Source: a virus (Duplodnaviria > Caudoviricetes). Taken from it: a DNA stretch of 64,000 bases. The notes beneath the pieces are model-generated. The model was not told the DNA's origin, made no database searches, and saw only the letters and a list, made by a program, of their open reading frames with translations. Both the position numbers and the translations under genes were made by a program. Positions 10,553-20,411 of the stretch are shown one piece after another (position 1 is the first letter of the stretch; every line of letters begins with the position of its first letter). The stretch is taken from the IMG/VR virus record IMGVR_UViG_3300012662_000198, positions 19,154 to 83,153 of that record; one strand, written 5' to 3'.

Positions 10553-11100
10553 AGTCTCATGCCTTGTCTTAATTGGAAGCGGGGTCGAATTCCACCTGAA
10601 GAGTCTGGGAATACAGGTGCACTTCCAGAATCAAGGACGCGAACGAGAACACCGAAGCCGCCATTGGCGACGGTCAAAGCCGTTCTACCGGCATTGCCGA
10701 ACGAGGGCGTATCCCGCAGCCGAGAACCTTCGGGAACCTCATCGTGGATGAGCTTGCGGTCGAGTTCCAGATTCGCTATATCCTCGTAGGCTTCGGCATC
10801 GCCCATGGGCGGCATGCGGCGCACGTCCGTCATGGCGACGCCATCATGCACGTGCGCAGTGCAGATGACCGGCTTATCAGGTGTGATGGTTCCGTCCTGC
10901 TCGAACCAGCATGAATGTCCGGGCAGGACGGACTTGCTGTTTCCCCTAACCGGGTCTCCACCGTCGGTACCGTAGACGGCATGACGCCGGTTTGTTCCAG
11001 TGAAGATGGTCATAGTGCCGCCCTTGTTGCCGACGACCGTCCAGTCGATTTTTTCGACGCACAGGTCGCTTATTTCTTGTGCGGCTTTCTCGTCTAACAT
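10549..11100 (-). CDS. Hypothetical protein in the CHAP-NlpC operon
   Basis: 183-aa ORF whose stop overlaps the next start (ATGA). Confidence 0.6.
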   Translation of the reverse strand: MLDEKAAQEISDLCVEKIDWTVVGNKGGTMTIFTGTNRRHAVYGTDGGDPVRGNSKSVLPGHSCWFEQDGTITPDKPVICTAHVHDGVAMTDVRRMPPMGDAEAYEDIANLELDRKLIHDEVPEGSRLRDTPSFGNAGRTALTVANGGFGVLVRVLDSGSAPVFPDSSGGIRPRFQLRQGMRL

Positions 11101-11142
11101 GTTTCTGAATCCTTATTTTTCGTACGGGTTTACCTCTCCGAA

Positions 11143-11913
11143 CTAGTAGTGGATGAACTGCAACTGCGAAGCCTGTTCGGCGGTGAACGTGCGGCTGAAC
11201 GGTTTGCCATTGTATGCGCTACCGCATTCGGACGTGGTGATTGAACCATCCGCGCCCACGGACTCGACTATCCCCACATGGCCGTACGTACCATCGGACT
11301 GGTATTGGCCGCGTTGGAAGCAAATCACGTCGCCGACGAGGGGAGTGTCGTCCACCCAATAGCCGAGTCTCCTCGCAGTGTCCGCCCAATCCGCGCCATT
11401 GCCCATGTGGGAGCCTGCGGGCAGGCCCAACTGGTGTCGGCGCACGTAAGCCCACCAAGTGCATTGGCTGAACTCGTACGCGTTGCCCGTATCCCCGGTC
11501 GCATGGTTCGGATTGAAGCCCTCCGGCGTATGGCCTTCGTCGCGTCCGTTAATCAACGATTTGACCACCGGATTGTCGGCGCTGATGACGGTCAGCTTGC
11601 CAGTCACCCCATCGGAGTCTGCCATGCTCCAACTGCCGTCATTGCTGGTGGCCTTGTAATCCTTCAAAGCCTCACGCGGGGAGCCACGGGACGCGGCACC
11701 GGTTTCGGTCAACGTGGCTCGTGTGACGGCGGTGCTCGTGTCGAACGGTTTCGCCTCCGCGTAGGCGCTCGGCGTCGGCTTCAACATGAGCATCGACGTT
11801 CCGGCGGCGGCGAACATCCCGGCAAGCAGACAGACGGCTATGCGACGTTGAAACAGCCTACGTCTGCGTTGCATGACCCTAGTGGGAGCCTTCTTATGTG
11901 CGGGTGAACCCAA
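11143..11913 (-). CDS. CHAP-domain peptidoglycan hydrolase
   Basis: N-terminal TM; SQCTWWAY, MGNGADW and YGHVGIVE CHAP motifs. Confidence 0.9.
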   Translation of the reverse strand: MGSPAHKKAPTRVMQRRRRLFQRRIAVCLLAGMFAAAGTSMLMLKPTPSAYAEAKPFDTSTAVTRATLTETGAASRGSPREALKDYKATSNDGSWSMADSDGVTGKLTVISADNPVVKSLINGRDEGHTPEGFNPNHATGDTGNAYEFSQCTWWAYVRRHQLGLPAGSHMGNGADWADTARRLGYWVDDTPLVGDVICFQRGQYQSDGTYGHVGIVESVGADGSITTSECGSAYNGKPFSRTFTAEQASQLQFIHY

Positions 11914-11914
11914 T

Positions 11915-12241
11915 TTAACACTCCGATTCTTCCTGTGCGGAGAAGAACTGCGGGCCGCCGATGCACTTGTCGAACTGGTAGGTGTCCGGAGTGCCCATCA
12001 TGCGACGAAGCAACGGCGCATGCTTGGTGACAATCCTGTTCTTGAACAATCCGCCCACGGAATCCCAAGTCACGTTGATGGTCCTGCCGGAATCGTTCTC
12101 CAACGTGGCCTTATGCACTGGTTCCTCCCAGCCCGGCGCGGTGTGTTCTCCGGCGGGGAGATAAAAGAAGCTTATATGCTGTCCCTTGCGGATTTCCGCC
12201 GGATACAACGTGTTATCCATGAATATTTTTATCGACGCCAC
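11915..12241 (-). CDS. Hypothetical protein
   Basis: 108-aa ORF with RBS, directly upstream of the CHAP gene. Confidence 0.6.
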   Translation of the reverse strand: MASIKIFMDNTLYPAEIRKGQHISFFYLPAGEHTAPGWEEPVHKATLENDSGRTINVTWDSVGGLFKNRIVTKHAPLLRRMMGTPDTYQFDKCIGGPQFFSAQEESEC

Positions 12242-12369
12242 TTATAGTTCCTTTGAGTTCGGGGGTTATCGTTCCAATTCAATGGTACCGGCTGTTCGAC
12301 GTGGCTGAACAGGAAAACGCGCCATTCGTACGCGCTTTTGGGTTGGGGAACAGGATTTTGATATTTCGT

Positions 12370-12397
12370 TTCTGACATAATCTACATTATCGGCGTC
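12370..12397 (-). other. dif-like XerC/XerD recombination site
   Basis: Minus strand reads GACGCCGATAA-TGTAGA-TTATGTCAGAA, an 11-6-11 layout matching the actinobacterial dif pattern. Confidence 0.8.
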
Positions 12398-12411
12398 GTA
12401 TAATCAAACCA

Positions 12412-12458
12412 ATGACACATTGGCACTTCCCTGATTCTTGGAAGTGCCAATGTGTCAT
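12412..12458. terminator. 19-bp perfect hairpin downstream of ssb
   Basis: atgacacattggcacttcc / ggaagtgccaatgtgtcat. Confidence 0.75.
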
Positions 12459-12474
12459 CCCGCGCTTTTTGTGG

Positions 12475-13050
12475 TCAGAATTCCGGTTCGGCGTCCTGTC
12501 CCGTTGGTGCGGGATTGTTGGCCGGAAGCGACCATGGGTCGTCCGATGGAGCCGTTCGGAAGTTGTCCGCACCGTAATTGTTCGGGTTCTGGTAGACCTG
12601 CGGGCCGTTCGAGTTCTGGTGGTTCTGCGCATTGTTCTGGAACGTCTGTCCGTTGGCGTGGTTGCCGCCGTCGTATCCGCCGTTGCGTCTCGGGTTCGGC
12701 ATGACCTGTGCGGTGGCGCGTCGGAGGCTTACGCCGATGTTGGTGACGGTGAATTCCACCGTCGAGCGTTTCTGTCCGGTCTGCTGGTCGGTCCAACTGT
12801 TCTGTTTCACGTCGGCCACCGCCACCACTTCCATACCTTTGCGGAGTGTGGAGATGATGTTGTTGCCGAGTGTGGTGTCCCACACTTTGCATCGGGCGAA
12901 AAGCGTCTGCCCGTCTTTCCACTCGCCGGTCTTCTTGTCCTGATAGCGGGTGCCTTCCGCAATGGAGAATTCAACCAGATTGGGGTTGCGCTGGTTGCGT
13001 TGCGGGTCGTCGGTGAGTCGGCCTTCGAGAATCGTGGTTGGGATTGGCAT
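12475..13050 (-). CDS. ssb: Single-stranded DNA-binding protein
   Basis: GRLTDDP, FARCKVWD, LRKGMEV, IGVSLRRATAQV motifs; Asn/Gln-rich linker; acidic EPEF tail. Confidence 0.95.
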   Translation of the reverse strand: MPIPTTILEGRLTDDPQRNQRNPNLVEFSIAEGTRYQDKKTGEWKDGQTLFARCKVWDTTLGNNIISTLRKGMEVVAVADVKQNSWTDQQTGQKRSTVEFTVTNIGVSLRRATAQVMPNPRRNGGYDGGNHANGQTFQNNAQNHQNSNGPQVYQNPNNYGADNFRTAPSDDPWSLPANNPAPTGQDAEPEF

Positions 13051-13072
13051 GTGTGGGCCTTTCATTAGATTT

Positions 13073-13091
13073 TGTGAACTATCCCAGTATA
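13073..13091 (-). promoter_or_regulatory. Plasmid promoter-family motif upstream of ssb
   Basis: TGc-TATACTGGGATAGTTCACA. Confidence 0.75.
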
Positions 13092-13154
13092 GCAGATATT
13101 GTTGCGAGGTCAGGAAAATGTCGTGGGAGATAAGGAACTAGTTGTAAGACATTC

Positions 13155-13497
13155 TCAACGGAATCGACTACTGTTTTTTTCTTCTAACTCCCCAAGCAGT
13201 TCTTCCGTCTCTCGAAGATAATTACGAATGCCCTTCGCGGCAGTCAGTCGAGAGAACAGCTCGTTGTGAGACGATAGTCTGACGGCAATTACCGTGATAG
13301 AAGACCCCGCCACCCTGTACACGAGCAACACGTCCTTACGTACATGCAGTTCCCTGAACCCTTTCCATTGACCAACCAACGCGTGGGCTCGATATTTAGT
13401 ATCCAGAACGTCTCTATCGTTGGACAACAGAGCTTCGAACACCTCATTCAGAGACGACAGGTCGGTATGTCTTTTGCTCAGGCTCTTATAGTCTCTC
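13155..13497 (-). pseudogene. YafQ/RelE-family toxin lacking its N-terminus
   Basis: RDYKSLSKRHTDLSSLNEV...YRAHALVGQWKGFRELHV..DVLLVYR...RLSSHNELF; frame begins at the IS-end palindrome. Confidence 0.8.
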
Positions 13498-13539
13498 GTG
13501 ACATTCTCCCCCGCCTCTACAGGCGGGGGAGAATGTCAC
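13498..13539. repeat. 42-bp palindrome made of two back-to-back IS right ends
   Basis: gtgacattctcccccgcc-tctaca-ggcgggggagaatgtcac; identical to the IS end at 8565-8596. Confidence 0.9.
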
Positions 13540-14119
13540 AGAGTCCGTCAGCACCGACGTGCAGTCCGATGCGGATTGGGGTGGCGTTGAAACGTTGAAC
13601 GTGCCGCAAACCAAATCCCAAGCCGAAAAAGACGCGGAAGCCAAGGCTCGACAGGAGGAGGAGGCCCGCAAGCAGGCTCAGGAGCGGGCGGCACAACAGG
13701 CCCAAGAACAGGCCCTCCGACAGGAGGAGGCCAGTCGAAGCGCGGAACGGACCGACATCAATCCCCCAGTGTCCAAAACCGGACAGGCCGTAGCCGAATA
13801 CGCCATGCAATTCAGTGGATACCCGTACGTGTATGGCGGCAACCAGCCGTCCGGGTGGGATTGCTCCGGCTTCGTCCAATACGTGTTCTCCCAATTCGGT
13901 GCCAGTCTCCCTCATCAGTCGGGTAGTCAAATGAGCGTAGGCTCTCCCGTCTCGTCATTGGCGGAAGCCCAGCCGGGAGACATCCTCGTCAACTCTCATC
14001 ATTCCGCCATTTACATAGGCAACGGCATGGTCATGAACGCCATGAACCCCGTACAGGGCACCCAGATTGCGAGCGTCGCGGTCATGGGTGGCGGTTATTC
14101 GATTAGACGCGTGGTCTGA
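13540..14119 (+). pseudogene. 3' part of an NlpC/P60 (C40) peptidase gene
   Basis: ESVSTDVQSDADWGGVE...YPYVYGG..GWDCSGFVQYV...HHSAIYIG; no start codon or signal peptide of its own. Confidence 0.85.
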
Positions 14120-14174
14120 TGGAAAATACCTTAAGCTGGAAAATATCAACCTCTAATTTGAAAGGCGTCACAAC

Positions 14175-14573
14175 ATGAGCGACCAGAACTACAACCCGCA
14201 ACCATACCAGCCGCAGACCCAACCACAGTACCAGCAACCCCAATACGCACGACCGCAGGCCAACCCTTATATGGCAAACCAACAGTACGCGCAGACCCCG
14301 CAATACGAGCAACAACAGTACATGCAGTACCGGTACGGCCAGCAACCCTACATGGGCCAGCGACCCGCCGACACCGGTTCGTTCGGCTGGGCCGTGTTGG
14401 GGTTCTTCTTCCCCATCGTCGGCCTCATCCTATTCCTCGTCTGGAAGACCGAGAAACCGGTCAGCGCGAAACAGGCGGGCATGGGAGCACTCGTATCTGT
14501 CGTCGCCGCAGTGGTTCTATGGTGTTTGCTTATTGTGTTCGCCGCGATAATCGGTAGCGCCGTCACATACTGA
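14175..14573 (+). CDS. Membrane protein with a Gln/Tyr/Pro-rich N-terminus
   Basis: QPQY repeats followed by two TM segments (GWAVLGFFFPIVGLILFLVW). Confidence 0.75.
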   Translation: MSDQNYNPQPYQPQTQPQYQQPQYARPQANPYMANQQYAQTPQYEQQQYMQYRYGQQPYMGQRPADTGSFGWAVLGFFFPIVGLILFLVWKTEKPVSAKQAGMGALVSVVAAVVLWCLLIVFAAIIGSAVTY

Positions 14574-14756
14574 ATTTGACGTCCTGAACCGTAAAAACCT
14601 GCTATTAGACAAAAACAACCTTGCGATACTTTACGATGAATGTTGGAAGCCGACAGTCGGTTCCTATCCAAAACGAGGATAAAGGATTGGAATAATAGAC
14701 AATTCCGTTTCAATCCTTTCCTTGTTCCCCTAGAAGCAAGGAGAGAAACAGTGACC

Positions 14757-15242
14757 ATGCGACAGCCGCAAGTCAACGTGAACATCAACCAACCGGCCAC
14801 ACCGCAACAACCCATGGTCCCGCCGCAACAGACCCCAATCCGGCAGAGCAGTCTCCGAACCAAACGTAGCCTGCTCAAATACGTGCTCCTCGGTATCGTC
14901 TCCCTCGGCGTCTACGACATTTGGCAGATGAGCGAGGTCGGTACCACGTTGAACCTCATCGCCACACGGCGTGACGGCAGACGCACCATGCACTACTGTC
15001 TCATGTTCTTCCTCATCGGCTGGTTGACCTTCGGCGTCGGCTGGCTCGTCTGGTATCACAAGCTCAGTGGACGCATCGGCGACGAACAGGCCGCCCGCGG
15101 ACTGCCGGTCACCGTCACCGCTGCAACCTACTGGCTGTGGAATGTCCTCGGCTCCCTCATCATCGTCGGACCGTTCGTCTACACGTACAAGCTTCTGCAC
15201 GCCATGAACGACCTGTGCTCGGACTGCAACGTGCGCGGCTGA
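14757..15242 (+). CDS. DUF4234-like membrane protein
   Basis: LLGIVSLGVYDIWQ...LFFLIGWLTFGVGWLVWYHKLS...AMN pattern. Confidence 0.7.
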   Translation: MRQPQVNVNINQPATPQQPMVPPQQTPIRQSSLRTKRSLLKYVLLGIVSLGVYDIWQMSEVGTTLNLIATRRDGRRTMHYCLMFFLIGWLTFGVGWLVWYHKLSGRIGDEQAARGLPVTVTAATYWLWNVLGSLIIVGPFVYTYKLLHAMNDLCSDCNVRG

Positions 15243-15264
15243 AAAAAGGAAGGAACGGTGCATC

Positions 15265-15435
15265 ATGGCTACTTTCATTCTCGGACTCTTCATCGGCGCT
15301 CTACTTGGCATGATTGTCCTCAGCATGTGCGTGACAGCCTCACGGTCCGACCGCAAGGCGCTCGTTGAAACCCATGTAAGCGACGTCGAAGAGCATGTGG
15401 TCCAAGACAAGGAAACAGCTGAGAAAAATGCTTAA
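15265..15435 (+). CDS. Small membrane protein (DUF3789-like), 56 aa
   Basis: MATFILGLFIGALLGMIVLSMCVTASRSD; strong RBS aaggaagga; stop overlaps the next gene. Confidence 0.6.
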   Translation: MATFILGLFIGALLGMIVLSMCVTASRSDRKALVETHVSDVEEHVVQDKETAEKNA

Positions 15436-16300
15436 CCTGAAACAGGATATTGCGCGGAGTGTCCGTCTGACCGTTCCAAGCGTTTTGGCGTTGGCGCTCC
15501 TATCCGTCGGCGCACCATCCTACGCGAACCCCGCCACGGGCAGCATCCCGGTCGGACGGTCGGCCACGCAGGTGTTGAGCACGCTCACGGTCGGAACGAA
15601 ATCCAACGCGTCCTCCGACCGTAAAAGCCACCAGTGGAACAAGGTGGACGGCAAGACCGGCAACTACACGACGAGAGACCTCGTGTTGGAACGTGATATG
15701 AGCGACGTGACCCATAACGCTCGCGGCAACGTGAACACCGGCACCCTATTGGAACCGTACACAGGCAAGACCATCCACTTCCAACGCGGAGCCTCGAACA
15801 AGTCCGAGGGCGGTAGCGCGTCAAACCGCGACGGTGGGATACAGATAGACCATGTGGTCGCCTACGCGGAGGCATACCGTTCCGGTTTGAACAGGCTCTC
15901 GTTCCAGCAGCGGGACTCCTACTATAACGACCCCGACGTGCTGCTCGCATCCCAAGCGGAAGCCAACAATGTGAAGAAGGACGGCACCATCGCCGAATGG
16001 GAGCCGTCCAACCAAGCGTTCCAATGCGATTACGCGAGTCTGCAAATCGGCATCAAGGCAAAGTACGGACTGACGGTGGACCAAAGGGAGCATGACGCGT
16101 TGGCGAAAACGTTGGCTTCATGCCCGTCCGAGACCATCATCTCCACCGGTCAGGTGAGACAACGGCTGGCGGGGGAATCCGGGTCGGGCAATATCGGTGG
16201 CTCCGGCAACGGCCATGCGTCGAGTGGAAGCCATGTGTCAACGTCCGGGAGGGGCTGGGTCAGGAATCTGTTCGACGGACTGCTGAAACGGTTCCTCTGA
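15428..16300 (+). CDS. Secreted HNH endonuclease (DUF1524 / GmrSD C-terminal-like)
   Basis: Signal peptide; TRDLVLERD, IQIDHVVA, YYNDPDVLLAS..EANNVKKD motifs. Confidence 0.85.
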   Translation: MLNLKQDIARSVRLTVPSVLALALLSVGAPSYANPATGSIPVGRSATQVLSTLTVGTKSNASSDRKSHQWNKVDGKTGNYTTRDLVLERDMSDVTHNARGNVNTGTLLEPYTGKTIHFQRGASNKSEGGSASNRDGGIQIDHVVAYAEAYRSGLNRLSFQQRDSYYNDPDVLLASQAEANNVKKDGTIAEWEPSNQAFQCDYASLQIGIKAKYGLTVDQREHDALAKTLASCPSETIISTGQVRQRLAGESGSGNIGGSGNGHASSGSHVSTSGRGWVRNLFDGLLKRFL

Positions 16301-16325
16301 CATCGAGGACGCCGAAGTGGGTCTC

Positions 16326-16460
16326 GTGAAGTATCGTCTTCGCCCCGTCGTCTTTACGGCGGGGTTTTCTTCTGCCTCTTTACCATGCTAAACTGGAATC
16401 ACTTACATTTATTAGTGGTTTACCCCAGCTTTAAAAGGCGGGGCTTGCGCCGCCAGTTCG
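16326..16460 (-). mobile_element. Probable non-autonomous IS200/IS605 mini-element (left end plus right-end-like hairpin)
   Basis: TTGAC|cgaactggcggcgcaagccccgccttttaaagctgggg is homologous to the left end at 31845-31887; distal hairpin ccccgccgt/acgacgggg ends ..TTCAC. Confidence 0.55.
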
Positions 16461-16466
16461 GTCAAC

Positions 16467-16577
16467 ATGCTGAAGGCCGAATGGTGCGACTTGTGCGGAA
16501 GACATGCCATCCGCATCGTGTTCAGCCCGGAAGGGCGGCCCGTTGGCATGTGCGGCCAATGCAAAACCCGTACCTAG
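16467..16577 (+). CDS. 36-aa CxxC/CxxC zinc-finger peptide
   Basis: MLKAEWCDLCGR...GMCGQCKTRT. Confidence 0.45.
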   Translation: MLKAEWCDLCGRHAIRIVFSPEGRPVGMCGQCKTRT

Positions 16578-17412
16578 ACTAGGGGGTCGCGTGAACTACA
16601 GCAAATGCGATGAAAACCTCGGCATGATGCTCGACCGGTTCGGGGCGGAGAACGCCATATTCCTGTTTTTCAAGGACGGCAACGCGTATTTCGACCCGAA
16701 GGTCTCAAGGCCGGGGAACTGCGCAATAACCGGTATATCCGAAGCCTGCACCGCATCTGGAAACGCAAGTCGCGGATTGCCGGATGGCGTGGCTGGGAAC
16801 TGGGCGTGGACACGCCGTTCGACTCCCGCGCATACAAGCGCCTGAACGAGGACGAACAGCTCCGTCTGCTTTCGCAACTTTCATTCGCCAAGAACACGGT
16901 GAGATACGTCGAGCAGATTGCCGACGCCGGGGACAGTGGTCTTGTCGATGATTTGGCGTCCGCCATGAAAGCGGTTCACGCCCGTTTGGAGGAAGCCGCT
17001 GAACATACCGACCTCCCCCGGTACGCGACAAGACCGAAACCGAGGGTTGATAGTGTCAAACCCTAATGGTTCCAACGGTTCCGACACGCATAAGGGTTTG
17101 ACCGGAACATCATATTCCGTATACTTGATGATGCGTTCGACCGGTGGGTTGGACGCCTCATAATTTGACGACTATCTGCGTAAAAAGACTTCCGTCTTTT
17201 TCTCCTTTTGGTCTGGCTTTTTATGTGTGGACATTCGAAGGCCCCGCCACTGTGCGGGGTCTTCGTTTACTCGGACGCGGGTCAGAACGGATTGCCGTTC
17301 GTTCCAGCAACCGGCATGGACGGCTGTTCGGACGATTCCACCATTGGAACGTCCACGACGTTACGGCTCCCCGATTCCAAGGATTTCCTGCACGGAAACA
17401 CCTTCAAGATTC

Positions 17413-18156
17413 TTAGTCGAGGATTCCCCGCCTAAGAATCTTGAACCGTTCCTTGAATCTGCGGGGCGGAGTGCCCGATGAATCGAACTGCATTTGCAGA
17501 CTGCTCCAAGGGATTAGAACAGGCTTGCTGATGTAGTAGGTTCTGCGGGCGAGCCACTGGTAGATGTCCAACGCTCTGTAGGATTTTCCTAGATTCATCA
17601 CAATCTCCCGATTGAGAGGAACGGGGTTCTCATTGAGGATTTCCCACATAGGCTCGGAGAATCCGATATACGAGCCTATCTTGTATTCGTCGGAGTTTCG
17701 GTCGAAGCATATGTGCGTATAGTCGGCAACGACAACATTGATGGCGTCGTGGACGGTTCTCCCCTGCTCGTCCTTGAACCAATTCGGTCACTTGGAAGAC
17801 CGTGCCGCCCAGATTCTCCAACATGCGGGTAACTTGTCCACGCTGCCCGTTGGCTGCTATTCCCGTGTTCTTGCAGAACGAGTTGAAGGTTTCGTCCAGA
17901 TGGATTGTCTTGTTTTCGAAATCGACCATGGGGAACCCTCTTTTATGAGGGTCTGCGCATACAGGAGGAACAGGCGGGGTATCTTCCCGTAGGCCCATTG
18001 CCCGTTTCTTGGAGTGGTTGTCATCGAGACTATTCCGTTGCCTCGGTGCAGGCAGGGGGTGTCGGGTTTGTCGACTGGAAGCAGTGAGACCACTGAAGAG
18101 AGGTTGGCTGTGTAGGTGATTGTCTTATTGCCGGGGTCAATGATATTCTTGTGCAT
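17413..18156 (-). pseudogene. Frameshifted plasmid RepA-family replication initiator (second replicon)
   Basis: Three frames: YGKIPRLFL; TIHLDETFNSFC; PVPLNREIV..YRALDIYQWL..IPWSSLQMQF. Shifts are -1 in a C-run near 17930 and +1 near 17785. Confidence 0.8.
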
Positions 18157-18274
18157 GTAATCGGGCTTCCTTATCGTTGACCGATGCTATTCCTCGTCTC
18201 GGGCATACGGGACGAGGTTTTTTATTTTCATCATAGCGGCGTCCTCGATGTTTTCGAAAACCGTGGTTGTTGTC

Positions 18275-18348
18275 TCTTACATTCGCGGGCAGAAGTCTTA
18301 CATTCGCGGGCAGTTATAGCCTCTAAGCCCTTATGGGAGTAAGGCTGA
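18275..18348. repeat. Two 18-bp iteron-like direct repeats plus an 18-mer shared with the main origin
   Basis: tcttacattcgcgggcag at 18275 and 18296 (21-bp period); ttatgggagtaaggctga at 18331; AT-rich region follows. Confidence 0.7.
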
Positions 18349-18522
18349 GGACACCGGCAATAGTACAATAGATACAATAGTTTACATAAGTATTTGTGAC
18401 GCCGAATTTCTAAATGCTCTGGAAAATAACAAAATCGGTTAATATCCAAAAAGGGATGAAATGTTTTTTACGATTTTTCCCAGTCGCGTCTCGTCGTTCT
18501 CGAAACCAGATACCTCGCATGC

Positions 18523-18543
18523 TATAGTGGAATGGTTTGCACA
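18523..18543 (+). promoter_or_regulatory. Plasmid promoter-family motif upstream of the sortase operon
   Basis: TGc-TATAGTGGAATGGTTTGCACA. Confidence 0.7.
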
Positions 18544-18659
18544 AAGGGAATGGCCTTCGACGTAAACAAGAAAACTGTTTCACTCAAAGCCCTCCCCCAA
18601 AGAACAAAACCGTTAAACTGGATATGTCCACAACGCAAACCCGTCAAAGGAACGAAAGC

Positions 18660-19847
18660 ATGGAAAACGGCTCCCCGAACAGTCTGCCCGACTGGGCTGA
18701 AATCATCGACGGCGAACAGGCCAAGCCGGACGACGGTCCCGTCCGCAAAGGCGGACATGGCAAGGGAGGCCACGCACGCCACGGCAAGCGTGCGGCGGAC
18801 AACGTTTCCACCGGCGAACACGTGCTCCAATGCTCCATCGGCATCGTGTTCACCATCGTCATCCTCCTCGTCGCCCAGATAGGATGGATGTTCTACGGGA
18901 ACGACTTGGACTCCATCCACACTCAGATAGCCGACTCGAAGCACGTCAGCCTGAACCGGAACGTGGACTTGGACTCCACGCGGATAGCCCAACCCCAATC
19001 CGGGGAGCCGCCCGTTGACGGCACTTCGACGCACGGTCAGGTAATCGGCTGGATGTACATTCCGAAAATCGAAACCGGTTGGAAGAGGGCCATCCAGCAG
19101 GGTACCGACCAAGTGGTGTTGGACAATCAGGGCATCGGCCACTACGAGCAGACCGTCATGCCGGGGGCCGTGGGCAACAGTGCCTACGCGGGGCACCGCA
19201 CGGGCGGCGACTTGGGTTACGTGGACAGGTTGCAGGCGGGTGACGCCATCGTCATACAGACCGCCGAACACTGGTACGTGTACAGGATGACCGAGGGCTG
19301 GGTCACCGACCCGACCGACGTGGGAGTCCTCGACACGGACGAGTCCGACCCCGACGCCCGCGAACTGACGTTGACGACATGCCACCCTATGAGCGCTTGG
19401 GCCGACGAAAGCGTCAAACACAGGTACATCGTCCGCGCCCGCTTCTCCTATTGGGCGAACGTGTCCGACGGCATCCCCGCCGAACTGAGCACCGCCGACG
19501 CGAACCCGGTCGGGAAGGCCGGATACAAGTGGCAGCAGACCGTCCGCGCCGTCAGCACCTACGCTCCCGCGAGCCTGATGTTCGGCGTGGCGCTGCTCGC
19601 CGCGTGGGCCATCCTGAACGGCCTGTGCTGGCTGCTGTGGCACAAGGACCGCGAGCGCAAGCCGTCGTCGTGGAACGTGCTGGTGTTGTCTTGGCGATTG
19701 CAGCAGGGCGTGTTGCCGTTGCGCGTGTTGAACCTGCTGTTGTTCTGGGGTGGGTTGCTGTTGCTGTTCTGGTGGGGTGTGGGGCCGCGTTTCTGTTCGT
19801 GGTTTCCGTTCCTGCGATGGGTTGGGGTTCCCGCTGTTTCGTTCTGA
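18660..19847 (+). CDS. Class E sortase with a C-terminal membrane domain
   Basis: GNSAYAGHRT, LTLTTCHP and RYIVRA (His-Cys-Arg triad). Confidence 0.9.
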   Translation: MENGSPNSLPDWAEIIDGEQAKPDDGPVRKGGHGKGGHARHGKRAADNVSTGEHVLQCSIGIVFTIVILLVAQIGWMFYGNDLDSIHTQIADSKHVSLNRNVDLDSTRIAQPQSGEPPVDGTSTHGQVIGWMYIPKIETGWKRAIQQGTDQVVLDNQGIGHYEQTVMPGAVGNSAYAGHRTGGDLGYVDRLQAGDAIVIQTAEHWYVYRMTEGWVTDPTDVGVLDTDESDPDARELTLTTCHPMSAWADESVKHRYIVRARFSYWANVSDGIPAELSTADANPVGKAGYKWQQTVRAVSTYAPASLMFGVALLAAWAILNGLCWLLWHKDRERKPSSWNVLVLSWRLQQGVLPLRVLNLLLFWGGLLLLFWWGVGPRFCSWFPFLRWVGVPAVSF

Positions 19848-19901
19848 CCCGGTTTTGGGTTGTGTTTTTTGGTGATTGGTTATTCAAGGAGGTGGCCGTT
19901 T

Positions 19902-20411
19902 ATGCGGCAAACGTATCTGACCAGTGACAATCCGGACGTGGTGGCGCGTCTGCGTGGGGACTGCCGTGAGTATGCGCGTCAGCGTGAGTTGGAGGCGTGG
20001 TTCGAGTCCACGCATCATGTGCGTATCGCGTGGCGTGAGGAGGCGGACGGCAGGCGTACGGTCGAGGGCGTGAAGGCCGCGGCGTCCAAGGGGACGTTGA
20101 CCGTGCGGGGCAAGGGTGATTTGAAGGGGCATTGGCTCATGCCGATGAACGGCGTGTACAGGCCGTGCAGGGACAATGGCGAGGTGTGGCGTATGCTCCG
20201 CCAGTTCGAGTGGCGTCCCGACGCTGTTCCGGGCGTGGTCAGTTCGTACACGTACACGCCGTACGTGGACCTGTTTGTCGAGGATGGCAGGGCGTTTCTT
20301 TCCATGCCGGTGGAGAGTTGGGACGAGTCGTTGTGGCGGAAGACCACGAGGGGCGTGTTCCGCGGGGCGGGCCAACGGTTCAACGGCGACATGGCGGAGG
20401 CGGGGTTTTGA
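19902..20411 (+). CDS. Hypothetical protein
   Basis: RBS aaggagg; coupled to downstream ORFs. Confidence 0.65.
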   Translation: MRQTYLTSDNPDVVARLRGDCREYARQRELEAWFESTHHVRIAWREEADGRRTVEGVKAAASKGTLTVRGKGDLKGHWLMPMNGVYRPCRDNGEVWRMLRQFEWRPDAVPGVVSSYTYTPYVDLFVEDGRAFLSMPVESWDESLWRKTTRGVFRGAGQRFNGDMAEAGF

